This document shows positions 28,120 to 37,468 of a stretch of DNA of 64,000 bases, one piece after another. Position 1 is the first letter of the stretch. Each line of letters begins with the position of its first letter. Below the pieces are notes generated by a model that was given only the letters and a program-made list of their open reading frames with translations, ran no database searches and was not told where the DNA came from. This stretch comes from Candidatus Bathyarchaeota archaeon (GTDB taxonomy: Archaea > Thermoproteota > Bathyarchaeia > Bathyarchaeales > Bathycorpusculaceae), in NCBI GenBank assembly GCA_963828195.1, contig CAWHDT010000005.1:736001-800000 (forward strand), written 5' to 3'. Both the position numbers and the translations under genes were made by a program.

Positions 28120-30990
28120 TCAAAAACGTTTACTTAACGATTTACGTTCAGCTTCCATAACCAACTCGTAAAATCGGTCTGAAGGCTTCGGTTCCTTTTC
28201 CAAAACAAGTGCAATATCCGCCGTTTGAACGCGTCGAGCACTTAATGCCACCGCAGCTGCTTTGCCATATTTTTCGATTAACTCAGCCGTACGCTTAGCC
28301 TGTAGCTGCAGCTTTTCCTCATCTTTAGCTAAATGTCCCTTTTTCTCAATTAACGGCGAAGCCTTTTCCTCATCCACTTTCAACATTCCAAGGGCAAAAG
28401 ACCCGCATCTTGGGCAGTGGGGTTTATCAGGTAAGTCTTTGATGCGAATGGTCTCCATATAATCCCAGCAGCTTGCGCACACAAAATTGCCCGTTTCATT
28501 GAGCAATCGTGCTTTAGCTGCCGCTATGAGCATGGCACGCATTTTTTCAGGCGGAATAAGATCAGTTTTCATGCTTACCCGCTCGATACCTACTCGAGCT
28601 ACTGGAGTAGCGTCTCCGCCTGTCGCAACAACTTGCAATCCCACGTCGCCATCACGGATCCGCTTTAGCACCATCACTAACCCGTCAGCGTCAAGGTCTT
28701 TAGAGAAAACCTCCTTCAGACCCTCTTCATAAATCAATGTACCTTCAAAACTCGAGATCAGCTTCTGGATGCTGACGTTGCTGAAGTCAGCCCACTTCTT
28801 CAGGGCGCCAAAACGCCTAGCCACCTGTATGACACGCCGTTTGAACAACCCCGTTTTCACCGTTGACCTAGTTAACGTGTCCTTAATTACCTGTGTACTC
28901 ATGCCTTTGAGTTCATTGAAAACTTCAACCAGCCTCTCAGCGCTCATGCTGCCCATGGTCTGCACAAAAATTCGGTAAGGATCATGCTGAACCACGATAC
29001 CTCGACCAAGCTTATCAGACAACACTTCTCCCAAGAACTGCGCTAAAGCACGATTAATCAAAGAACCAAAGTTGGAATGAATAATAACAAATTCACCCCA
29101 ATCCTCAACTACAATCCGCCTTGAAGTAGGAACGGCAAAACCCGAGTTCACCTGCTCCACCGTCTCAGCCAAAGCATGCAAAATAGTCGGTGCATCAGCT
29201 GCATAACGCTCAGAAAGCAAAGCACTAACCTGATCTGGCGTAAATCCATTTTGAATTTTTTCTTCCACGAAACCGCGTATTTCCGCTAGCTCCTGTGCTA
29301 TTTCATACGGGACTGGAATTTCTTCGCCTATCCAGCTGGGAATTGAACCGGTTGGGTCATCAACTGGGCGCACGTAAACTTTGTCTTCGGTGGCATGGAT
29401 TATTTGCCATGGGCTGCCTCGTATGATGAATTTTGTTCCAGGTTTGCCGTACTCAGCCATGAACGCTTCGTCTAAAACACCGATTGAAGTGTCGGATGAC
29501 TCATCAATCACGAGGAACTGCTTTTCCTCAGGGATCATGGATAAATTATCAAAATAGTACTCAAACAAAGCCTTGGATCGCTGAGGCTTCAAAGCGACCT
29601 GATCCTCAAAAGACACCCATGCCAAACGTGGAAACCGTTCATGCATGTACTTGAAGGCTTTTCCAACGTCTTCAATGGTTAAATTTTCATATGGGGCGGC
29701 GTTACGGGCTAATTCTAAAACACCGTTAAATTCTAATCGTCTATTCTTCAGCATCAAGCCTGCAATCTGATGGATCAAAACATCGTATGGTTTGTCTGGA
29801 ATTTGAAGGGGCTCTAATTCTTCGTTAAGCGCTCTTCGTGCTATAACTAAGGCTTCAAGCGTGTCGTCGGAATCCATGCCGATTATTACTCCCTCGGCAA
29901 CGTCTCCGTAAGTGTGGCCTGCCCGTCCCACGCGTTGAATAAGCCGGGTTACTTGCCTTGGACTCATGTACTGGATAACTAGGTCTATACGTCCGATATC
30001 TATGCCTAATTCGAGGCTGCTAGTAGCGATTAAGCCTTTCAGTTCACCCCGTTTTAACCCGGTTTCAGCAGCTATCCTTGAGACCTTAGCTAAGGAGCCA
30101 TGGTGGATCGAGATTGGAAAATCAATGTCCCAAACCTTAAATCTTGAAGCTAAAACTTCCGAAATTGAACGTGTATTTGTAAATAAAAGAACAGATTTTC
30201 TTTTGCTCATGTAATCGCGAATAATACGAAGTCTAGCCGCCACCTCTGGATGAGTATAGATTTTTGTTGCAAGCCTGACATCTTCCTCAGTTGGCTTGGG
30301 GTAGATAACTTGCAGCTTCACCATTTTAGCAACGGGTACACGAATGATTTCGACGGGTCGCTTGTTGCCAACAAGGAATTGGGCGACTTTTTCGGGGCTG
30401 CCAATTGTGGCGGATAAACCTATCATTTGGAAGTCTTTTCCAATATGGCTTCTGACCCGTTCCAGCGCTAATGACAGCTGGCTTCCCCGTTTGCTGTCAG
30501 CTAACTCGTGCACTTCATCAATTATTACCCACCTTAAGCTTTGCAGGTGTTGACGCAAAATCCAGCCGGAAAGTATAGCTTGCAATGTTTCAGGAGTCGT
30601 TATTAGAATGTCGGGCGGGCTTCGGGATTGACGGGTTCTTTCTTTGGTTTCAGTGTCTCCATGTCTAACCGCAAGTTTTATGTCAAGACTGTTGCACCAC
30701 CATTGAAGACGCTCAAGCAAGTCTCTGTTTAAAGCCCGCAACGGCGTGATGTACAGCACTTTTATGCCTGGAGTTTTAGGCTCCTTAAGAAGCATGCTTA
30801 GCACAGGCAGGAAAGCGGCTTCTGTTTTTCCCGTGGCTGTAGGCGAAATTAACAGGACATTTTTTCCTTCAAGGATTTTCGGTATTGTTTTTTCCTGCGG
30901 CTCTGTCGGTTTAGAGAATCCTTTCTGTTCAATGAGTCTTCGAACTGGCTTAACAAGCATTTCAAAAGCGTTTTCAGAAGTTGCCTGCAA
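28120..30990 (-). CDS. lhr: Lhr-family ATP-dependent helicase
   Basis: PTATGKT, TPLRALN, TTPE, DEVH, GLSAT, HHGSL, SLELGID, QRVGRAGH, C-terminal Zn ribbon. Confidence 0.92.
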   Translation of the reverse strand: MQATSENAFEMLVKPVRRLIEQKGFSKPTEPQEKTIPKILEGKNVLLISPTATGKTEAAFLPVLSMLLKEPKTPGIKVLYITPLRALNRDLLERLQWWCNSLDIKLAVRHGDTETKERTRQSRSPPDILITTPETLQAILSGWILRQHLQSLRWVIIDEVHELADSKRGSQLSLALERVRSHIGKDFQMIGLSATIGSPEKVAQFLVGNKRPVEIIRVPVAKMVKLQVIYPKPTEEDVRLATKIYTHPEVAARLRIIRDYMSKRKSVLLFTNTRSISEVLASRFKVWDIDFPISIHHGSLAKVSRIAAETGLKRGELKGLIATSSLELGIDIGRIDLVIQYMSPRQVTRLIQRVGRAGHTYGDVAEGVIIGMDSDDTLEALVIARRALNEELEPLQIPDKPYDVLIHQIAGLMLKNRRLEFNGVLELARNAAPYENLTIEDVGKAFKYMHERFPRLAWVSFEDQVALKPQRSKALFEYYFDNLSMIPEEKQFLVIDESSDTSIGVLDEAFMAEYGKPGTKFIIRGSPWQIIHATEDKVYVRPVDDPTGSIPSWIGEEIPVPYEIAQELAEIRGFVEEKIQNGFTPDQVSALLSERYAADAPTILHALAETVEQVNSGFAVPTSRRIVVEDWGEFVIIHSNFGSLINRALAQFLGEVLSDKLGRGIVVQHDPYRIFVQTMGSMSAERLVEVFNELKGMSTQVIKDTLTRSTVKTGLFKRRVIQVARRFGALKKWADFSNVSIQKLISSFEGTLIYEEGLKEVFSKDLDADGLVMVLKRIRDGDVGLQVVATGGDATPVARVGIERVSMKTDLIPPEKMRAMLIAAAKARLLNETGNFVCASCWDYMETIRIKDLPDKPHCPRCGSFALGMLKVDEEKASPLIEKKGHLAKDEEKLQLQAKRTAELIEKYGKAAAVALSARRVQTADIALVLEKEPKPSDRFYELVMEAERKSLSKRF

Positions 30991-31305
30991 TATAAGTTGA
31001 TCCTCGAATGATATGATAAACCGGAACTCTGATATAAAAAAGGTTAGGAAAGGTTTAGTAGAACTTCAGGTTTTTCTTAGCAATTTTAACTTTTAACGCT
31101 AATGTCTTCGTTAGTTGTTGCTGTTTTCTGGATATTAAAAGAGGTATTTTAAGAGCTTTCAACCATTTCATTTGATAATGTACGAGGGTATATACAAAAA
31201 ATTGTCTAAAAATACCGTGGAAACTTGTAATATATATTGGAAAGGTATGGAAAGTTTTTTATTCTATAATGATAAACCATGGAGTCGGTATACGGAGGAA
31301 AATAA

Positions 31306-31476
31306 ATGGCTAAATGTCCAAAATGCGGAACTGAAGTAGCAAAGACAAAAAAGAGCTGGAAAATGGCCGGTCGTCCAGATAAAGCTGGAAAACGCATGCA
31401 ACTAGAAATCGGACTCTATGAGTGCCCGAAATGCAGCAACGTATTCCGCGAAGTTTTAAGCAAAAAGAAAATCTAA
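31306..31476 (+). CDS. Cren7-like chromatin protein with two CxxC motifs (56 aa, below ORF-track cutoff)
   Basis: GGAGG RBS; MAKCPKCGTEVAKTKKSWKMAGRPDKAGKRMQLEIGLYECPKCSNVFREVLSKKKI has the Cren7 W...IGL(F/Y)...FR pattern. Confidence 0.75.
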   Translation: MAKCPKCGTEVAKTKKSWKMAGRPDKAGKRMQLEIGLYECPKCSNVFREVLSKKKI

Positions 31477-31603
31477 AATTGCAACCAAATCAAATTTAGT
31501 TGCATAACTTGCTCTCTTTTATTTTTTCTTTATTCTAAAAAGAGAAGTATTAAAACATAGTAACTCTTTATAAAAAGGAATACTTCGTAGCTGAGGCGCA
31601 AAT

Positions 31604-32287
31604 TTGAGCAATTCAAAAAGACTCTGGAAAAACGATTATTTCAAAACGGCAGTTGCCATAATACTGATCGCTGCAATTGTCCTCAGCTTCTTATTCGGCT
31701 TACAGTTTGCTCTTCACACCCCTGATCCGGCGTTAACTGTAGAAAGCGGCAGCATGAGCATCCCCTACGACAGCGCCGACAACTTCTGGGACAGCATAGC
31801 CCACCCATTCGACCGAACCCTAAGCATAGGCGACATCATCATAGTTCAAGGCGTAAACCCAAAAGACCTAAACGCCAATTACCCCAACAGCGACATAATT
31901 GTTTATCACGACCCATCAGACCCAAGCACGCTCATTGTTCACCGAATAGTTTCAAAGCAAGAAATTAATGGTACATGGTACTTCCAGACGAAGGGGGATG
32001 GCAACGGGCAGCAATGGCCAGCGATACCGTCACCTTCCGAATATGACGGCCGCACTATTTGGAGTAGTGCCCAATATAGTAGTACGGGGATTCCGCAAAG
32101 CTACGTGGTTGGTAAAGTTGTTATGCGCATTCCATGGCTTGGTTGGGTAACACTTTTCATGAGGGATAATACTTGGGGTTTGCCAGTGATTATTGCTCTT
32201 ATCATGTTACTCATTGTAATCGAATTTGTTGTGCCGATACTAAGAGAGAAAAAACCTGAACAACAGAACTCAGTGCAACCGCAGTGA
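31604..32287 (+). CDS. Signal peptidase I (Sec11/S26B type), copy 1
   Basis: TM helix, VESGSM (Ser), GDIII, LIVHR (His), TKGDGN, VVGKV...IPWLG. Confidence 0.9.
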   Translation: MSNSKRLWKNDYFKTAVAIILIAAIVLSFLFGLQFALHTPDPALTVESGSMSIPYDSADNFWDSIAHPFDRTLSIGDIIIVQGVNPKDLNANYPNSDIIVYHDPSDPSTLIVHRIVSKQEINGTWYFQTKGDGNGQQWPAIPSPSEYDGRTIWSSAQYSSTGIPQSYVVGKVVMRIPWLGWVTLFMRDNTWGLPVIIALIMLLIVIEFVVPILREKKPEQQNSVQPQ

Positions 32288-32456
32288 CAGATGCCCTCAT
32301 AAGTAACATTTTGATAAGAACAAAATCTAAAGATGACACAACACAGCTTACTAACTGCGCCGTCCGTCCTCTCCTATGTTTCTCTATTATAAAGCGGTAA
32401 GTTTTAAAACACAGCAACTCTTATGAAAAGCAATACTTCGTCGTTGAGGCACAAAT

Positions 32457-33131
32457 TTGAGCGATTTAAAACGGCTTTGGAAAAACGATTATTTCAAAAC
32501 GGCAGTTGCCATAATACTGATCGCTGCAATTGTCCTCAGCTTCTTATTCGGCTTGCAATTTGCGCTTCATACGCCTGATCCGGCGTTAACTGTAGAAAGC
32601 GGCAGCATGAGCATCCCCTACGACAGCGCCGACAACTTCTGGGACAGCATAGCCCACCCATTCGACCGAACCCTAAGCATAGGCGACATCATCATAGTTC
32701 AAGGCGTAAACCCAAAAGACCTAAACACTAACTACCCTAACAGCGACATAATTGTCTTCCACAGCCCATACGATTATGGCATGTTGATTGTTCACCGTAT
32801 AATTGGAACAGAAGTGGTTAACGGCACCACGTATTATCTAACAAAAGGAGACGGAAACGGGTATCCAGACACTTGGCCACAAACTCCGACACAGGGCTTA
32901 GACCCTTGGGACTACAGTTCTCCACCGGGAGTTCCAGCAAGCTACATAGTAGGCAGAGTCGTCATGCGGATTCCATTGCTGGGGTGGGTAACACTTTTCA
33001 TGAGGGATAACGCTTGGGGGCTACCAGTAATAATCGCTCTTATAATGCTGCTTATAGTCATCGAGTTTATTGTGCCAATACTAAGAGAGAAAAAGCCTCA
33101 ACAACAGAATACGATGCAGCCAAACCCATAG
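32457..33131 (+). CDS. Signal peptidase I (Sec11/S26B type), copy 2
   Basis: Same motifs; N-terminal ~100 aa nearly identical to copy 1. Confidence 0.9.
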   Translation: MSDLKRLWKNDYFKTAVAIILIAAIVLSFLFGLQFALHTPDPALTVESGSMSIPYDSADNFWDSIAHPFDRTLSIGDIIIVQGVNPKDLNTNYPNSDIIVFHSPYDYGMLIVHRIIGTEVVNGTTYYLTKGDGNGYPDTWPQTPTQGLDPWDYSSPPGVPASYIVGRVVMRIPLLGWVTLFMRDNAWGLPVIIALIMLLIVIEFIVPILREKKPQQQNTMQPNP

Positions 33132-33196
33132 ATGTCTTTATAAAAGTCAGGTCGATAAGGGATATTTAAAGGGCGTTGACCTAAGAGGGAAATGGA

Positions 33197-33757
33197 TTGC
33201 CAAAAGTTAAAGCTACAATCAGCATCGAGAACGTGGTAGCTTCCGCAACGCTGAATCAGAAAGTTGACTTGAACGCCGTGGTAAAGGGTTATCCAGGTGT
33301 CGAATATCGCCCTGAACAGTTTCCAGGTTTAGTTTTCAGGTTGAAGCGCCCCAAAACAGCGACTTTAATTTTTAGTTCTGGAAAGATGGTTTGCACGGGG
33401 GCCAAATCGGAGAAAGAAGCTCGCAGAGCTGTCATGAAAGTTGTTAAGGAACTGAAGAAAGGCGGAATAATAATCATCAGCAAGCCAGAACTCAAAATAC
33501 AAAACATTGTTGCTTCAGGCGGGTTAGGAGGCATGATAGATTTAGAAAAAGCAGCTTACAGCCTTGGCCATGCAATGTATGAACCTGAGCAGTTCCCAGG
33601 TTTAATATACAGGATGCAAGAACCAAAAGTCGTGATTTTGCTTTTTGCAAGCGGAAAACTCGTTTGCACTGGAGCCAAAAAAGAACAAGACGTTTATGAC
33701 GCCGTGGAAAAATTGCATACGCTACTTGAAGAAACCACTCTCATATTTTACGAATAA
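33197..33757 (+). CDS. tbp: TATA-box-binding protein
   Basis: Two repeats of I(E/Q)N(V/I)VAS...YxPEQFPGL...FxSGKxVCTGAK. Confidence 0.98.
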   Translation: MPKVKATISIENVVASATLNQKVDLNAVVKGYPGVEYRPEQFPGLVFRLKRPKTATLIFSSGKMVCTGAKSEKEARRAVMKVVKELKKGGIIIISKPELKIQNIVASGGLGGMIDLEKAAYSLGHAMYEPEQFPGLIYRMQEPKVVILLFASGKLVCTGAKKEQDVYDAVEKLHTLLEETTLIFYE

Positions 33758-33764
33758 ACTGGCT

Positions 33765-34403
33765 TTACTGTTTCTTTACTTGTTTCAAGATTGTCTTCAG
33801 GTCATCTTGGTCGATTGCGCCTAATTCGTAGAGAGTGTCAGCTACTTCGCTTATTTTCAGCAATGTATGAAGGCTTATTCCGTTTTTTTCAAGCTGTTGG
33901 TTGCCGCCTTCTTCTCTGTCCAGAAAAACGACAGCGTCAGTTACGACGCCACCTTCATCTCTAACAGCTTCTGTAGCCTTTTTGAGAGTTAACCCCGTGG
34001 TCACTAAATCATCAATCAGTAAAACTTTGTCCCCTGATGCCAGAAGCCCTTCCACCCGCCGGTCTCTTCCAGTCAATTGAACGCCTTGGCGCACATAAAG
34101 GAAGGGTTTTTTGAGGTTATACGCGACCTGGGACGCAAAGATAACTCCAGTTAACGGTATTCCCGCCATTCTATCAAAGCTTTTAACCCCAATTTGTTTG
34201 GTTATGTATTCAGAATAGAAATCGCAGATTTCGCGGTAAGCGTCTGGAAAACTGGGAATCACTCTTAAGTCAATGTAGTACGGGCTTGCTTTTCCGCTAG
34301 AAAGTTTGAACACCCCAAACTTTATTGCGTCAATTTTAAACAATATGTTTGCTATTTTGTCTTTCTTTTCTTGTGCCAATTTGTCTATTTTCAACTTTTT
34401 CAC
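33765..34403 (-). CDS. pyrE: Orotate phosphoribosyltransferase
   Basis: FKLSSGKASPYYIDLR, LIDDLVTTG, FLDREEGG. Confidence 0.9.
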   Translation of the reverse strand: MKKLKIDKLAQEKKDKIANILFKIDAIKFGVFKLSSGKASPYYIDLRVIPSFPDAYREICDFYSEYITKQIGVKSFDRMAGIPLTGVIFASQVAYNLKKPFLYVRQGVQLTGRDRRVEGLLASGDKVLLIDDLVTTGLTLKKATEAVRDEGGVVTDAVVFLDREEGGNQQLEKNGISLHTLLKISEVADTLYELGAIDQDDLKTILKQVKKQ

Positions 34404-35089
34404 TTCCTTTTTGATACCTGATATATTTTGTTTAGTTCAGGAATCAAGCATGCGGTCCTAGGCAAATCCTTTTGTATTATTTGCGCGAATTCTGTTTGGC
34501 TTGCCGCTGACGCTGTATGATAGGGCACTGCAACTTGAGGCTTAGTTAACCAAGCTATTTCGAAGCCTGTTTGCGGCGTGGCACCTGGAGCTATGCCAAC
34601 TGTGCAAAAGACTACGTCGAATTTTTCTTTTTGTCCCATAGTTGATAGTTCAGGAAACGGTAAACTGTCGGCTGTATGGTATACTTTGACGTCGTCTTCG
34701 CTAGTTACTATGTAAGTTACGGGTGCTTGAGCTGTGTGGTTGCATTTTTCTGCTTTAATTGAGACTTCGCCGATTTTTGTTTCGTCACCCGGTTTGACTT
34801 CCTTCAGTTTTTCTGCAGGTATGGCGTGTTGCAATTTTTTAGTTGAGGCTGAATCAGCGATTATTATGCAGTTTGTCGCTTTCTGGGTTTCTATTACGAG
34901 CCTGGGGTCTAAGTGGTCATAATGCTCGTGTGTTATTAGGATAGCATCCACATTTTGAAGGGTTTTGGCTTTGATGTCAACTGGGTCAATGGCAAGAGTT
35001 TTACTGGGGGTTTTTAGGATGATGCCAGCATACTGGTTAAACCACACGAATAAGATAGTGTTCTTCTCTGGTATTTTCTGAATTGACAA
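34400..35089 (-). CDS. Metallo-beta-lactamase-fold hydrolase
   Basis: IDP, LITHEHYDHLD, YHTADS, VPYH. Confidence 0.85.
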   Translation of the reverse strand: MSIQKIPEKNTILFVWFNQYAGIILKTPSKTLAIDPVDIKAKTLQNVDAILITHEHYDHLDPRLVIETQKATNCIIIADSASTKKLQHAIPAEKLKEVKPGDETKIGEVSIKAEKCNHTAQAPVTYIVTSEDDVKVYHTADSLPFPELSTMGQKEKFDVVFCTVGIAPGATPQTGFEIAWLTKPQVAVPYHTASAASQTEFAQIIQKDLPRTACLIPELNKIYQVSKRK

Positions 35090-35295
35090 CTTGATCCCTC
35101 AAAGATAATTATGTACACAGCGTTAAAGAAGTTGCGTTATTCGTCTCCTTCATAAGAAAAATAACCGAATTTCATATTGTACTCGTGTTAAATGGAATGC
35201 TTTCGGTGCAATGGAAGCCTCAGATTCGACTCTTAACGTTGATCATTATGATGACTTGCCGGTTACGTCAGCCTTAAAAAGAATAGTGACTCAGC

Positions 35296-35772
35296 CTAAA
35301 GCCTTTTTGTCATGACATAGGCGTCTTCGCCGTCTGAATAGTAACCGTTGATGGTTCGGGTAATTTCAAATCCTAACTTTTTATAGAGCGAAATTGCCGC
35401 TTCATTTGTCACTCTGACTTCTAGGAAGCATTGTTTAGCTTTATAATATTGCATGCCTTCTAAAGCTCTGGTGATTACTGCTTGGGCAATACCTTTGCGC
35501 CTGTGCTGTGGCAAAACCGCTATGGATACTACATGTCCTTTTCTTATTAATCCGCCGAAACCAAAATTTGACAAGCCAACTTCAATACGGCACATGGTGT
35601 AACCTGCAATTTCCCCGTTTTCTTCCGCCACAATAAAGGTCTCAGGAAACCGTTGGTGTAAGTCCATAAAGAAAAAGTCACTATAGTTTTCTGGCAGGCA
35701 CACCCGGTTTATTTGCATTACGCTTTGTAAATCGTCAGGGATGAATTTGCGGAGCTTAAAGGTTTGTTGCAT
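35296..35772 (-). CDS. N-terminal protein acetyltransferase (Ard1/RimI)
   Basis: CLPENY, KGHVVSIAV, LEVRVTN, YYSDGEDA. Confidence 0.92.
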   Translation of the reverse strand: MQQTFKLRKFIPDDLQSVMQINRVCLPENYSDFFFMDLHQRFPETFIVAEENGEIAGYTMCRIEVGLSNFGFGGLIRKGHVVSIAVLPQHRRKGIAQAVITRALEGMQYYKAKQCFLEVRVTNEAAISLYKKLGFEITRTINGYYSDGEDAYVMTKRL

Positions 35773-35867
35773 TGTTTCGCCTTCTAAACCACATTTCACC
35801 GTTGCAACTTAAATGTTACGCTTTATAGGTCAAACCGTAATCTTTTTGTTTTCCGGAACAGAATTGT

Positions 35868-37157
35868 TTAGGTCTTTGTTTCTTCGGGCGCCATGAACAC
35901 GGACAAAGTGTTGCTGCCTTGAGGCATCGCCCAAACTCTTGACGCTGAACCCGCAATTTTCAATGCTTCGGCAAAAGCGTCATTTACGGCTCTGGCTGTC
36001 TTCAACTTGAATATGCTTGTTGCATAGTAATCAGGCAAGGAAGATACCAGTATGATTTGATGGCCCTGGAGGGCTTTTAAAAGATAATAAGCCTTGTGAC
36101 CACCCAAAACAAAGTTGCGTTTAATTTCATGTTCAACATTTTTTAAATCCCCAAAACGAGTCATCCAATCATAAAACACTGGATTCCCGTGCCCTTCGGG
36201 ACATTCAGCGACAAGAATTATAACTCCTCCACGTTTAACTGCGTCCAATGCGTTGTCTAGCGCTTTGTAGGCTTGGTACAGATTCATATCTGCTGGATAA
36301 CCGCCTGCACTTACAACTATTATGTCTGCTCGACGGTCCACTGTTACGCGGTACATTTCGTCAACCAGCTTTACGGCTTTCAGAAATGCCTGCTCTAAAT
36401 CCCCCGCGAAAGCTTTTACGATTTCGCCTTTCTTGTTCACGACAACGTTTAAGATAAAGTCTACTTTAGCCAGTTTTGCTGCTTCCGTCATGTCGCAATG
36501 CACTGGATTATCTTCCAGAACTCCCGTTCGTGAGTTGGCGTGAAGGAGCATGGCATGATTTTGCTTGATTGTTTCTTCTCCGCATACCGCTGGCAAAACG
36601 CTTTTTCTGCCACCCCCGTAACCAGCATAATAGTGGAAGCCAACATCTCCCAAAAGCACTTTCACGTCTGCTTCGGCGAAAACGCGGTTAACATGAACTT
36701 TGTTGCCATGTGTCTTAGTTGTGCCAACATAAACTAAATCTTGAGCTCGGCAGTCGTGGCTAATGGTTGTTACCTGTTTAAGCGCTTCCACGCCAAGCAA
36801 CGCCTTTGCTTCTTCAGGCTTAACCGCTCTGTGGGTCCCACAGCCGAAAATAACGGTGATATTCTTATCTTCGACGCCCGCTAGATTCAATTCGGCAAGA
36901 ACCGGCAAAAGCATTGCTTCACTTGGTGCTTTTCGAGTTGCATCATCAACAACAATAGCAACTTTGCTTTCAGCCTTGGCAATTTCACTTAAACGTCTAG
37001 AACCAACCGGGATGGGGTCTTTTAGGGCTCGCTCAACCTCCGCCTTAGCATCCGCTGCACCCTCTCGTTCCGCAGGCTCTATAGATCCTAGAAGGTTTCG
37101 TGCAGGAACCCGGATGCAAACGTCTGTTTTTCCGTAGGGAAGCCAAATATCAACCAT
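35868..37157 (-). CDS. larA: Nickel-pincer-dependent lactate racemase (LarA) family protein
   Basis: VDDATRKAP, GCGTHR, HDC, FHYYAGYGGGRKS, NLYQAYK, ECPEGHG. Confidence 0.85.
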   Translation of the reverse strand: MVDIWLPYGKTDVCIRVPARNLLGSIEPAEREGAADAKAEVERALKDPIPVGSRRLSEIAKAESKVAIVVDDATRKAPSEAMLLPVLAELNLAGVEDKNITVIFGCGTHRAVKPEEAKALLGVEALKQVTTISHDCRAQDLVYVGTTKTHGNKVHVNRVFAEADVKVLLGDVGFHYYAGYGGGRKSVLPAVCGEETIKQNHAMLLHANSRTGVLEDNPVHCDMTEAAKLAKVDFILNVVVNKKGEIVKAFAGDLEQAFLKAVKLVDEMYRVTVDRRADIIVVSAGGYPADMNLYQAYKALDNALDAVKRGGVIILVAECPEGHGNPVFYDWMTRFGDLKNVEHEIKRNFVLGGHKAYYLLKALQGHQIILVSSLPDYYATSIFKLKTARAVNDAFAEALKIAGSASRVWAMPQGSNTLSVFMAPEETKT

Positions 37158-37468
37158 GCCAAGTCACATTAATTAAAATGACACGGCGCAGGAAACTATT
37201 AAGGCTTATCAAAATTGAGTCTCGGGAGATAAGTGCGGCAGCTTCTCTGTCAGCCGTTTTAACGCTACTCAAATCAAGAACCATGCAGCCTGCTCCGCCA
37301 CCTCGATTCCTTGCTTCAGAAAGCTAAGTTCTTCCGCCAACCTTGTTTTTCAGCGGAAAATTTTGCTCTCTCAGTTTTCTTTTTTTGAAAAAAAAATAGG
37401 TTTTCAATCAAAAAAATATTAAAGCTTAAACAACCCAGTTGTTTCACTCTTACAGGAGGAAAAATTGA

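Noticed and set aside
35200-35295. Possible C/D box sRNA (ATGATGA present)
   Set aside because: No properly placed CTGA D box on the same strand.
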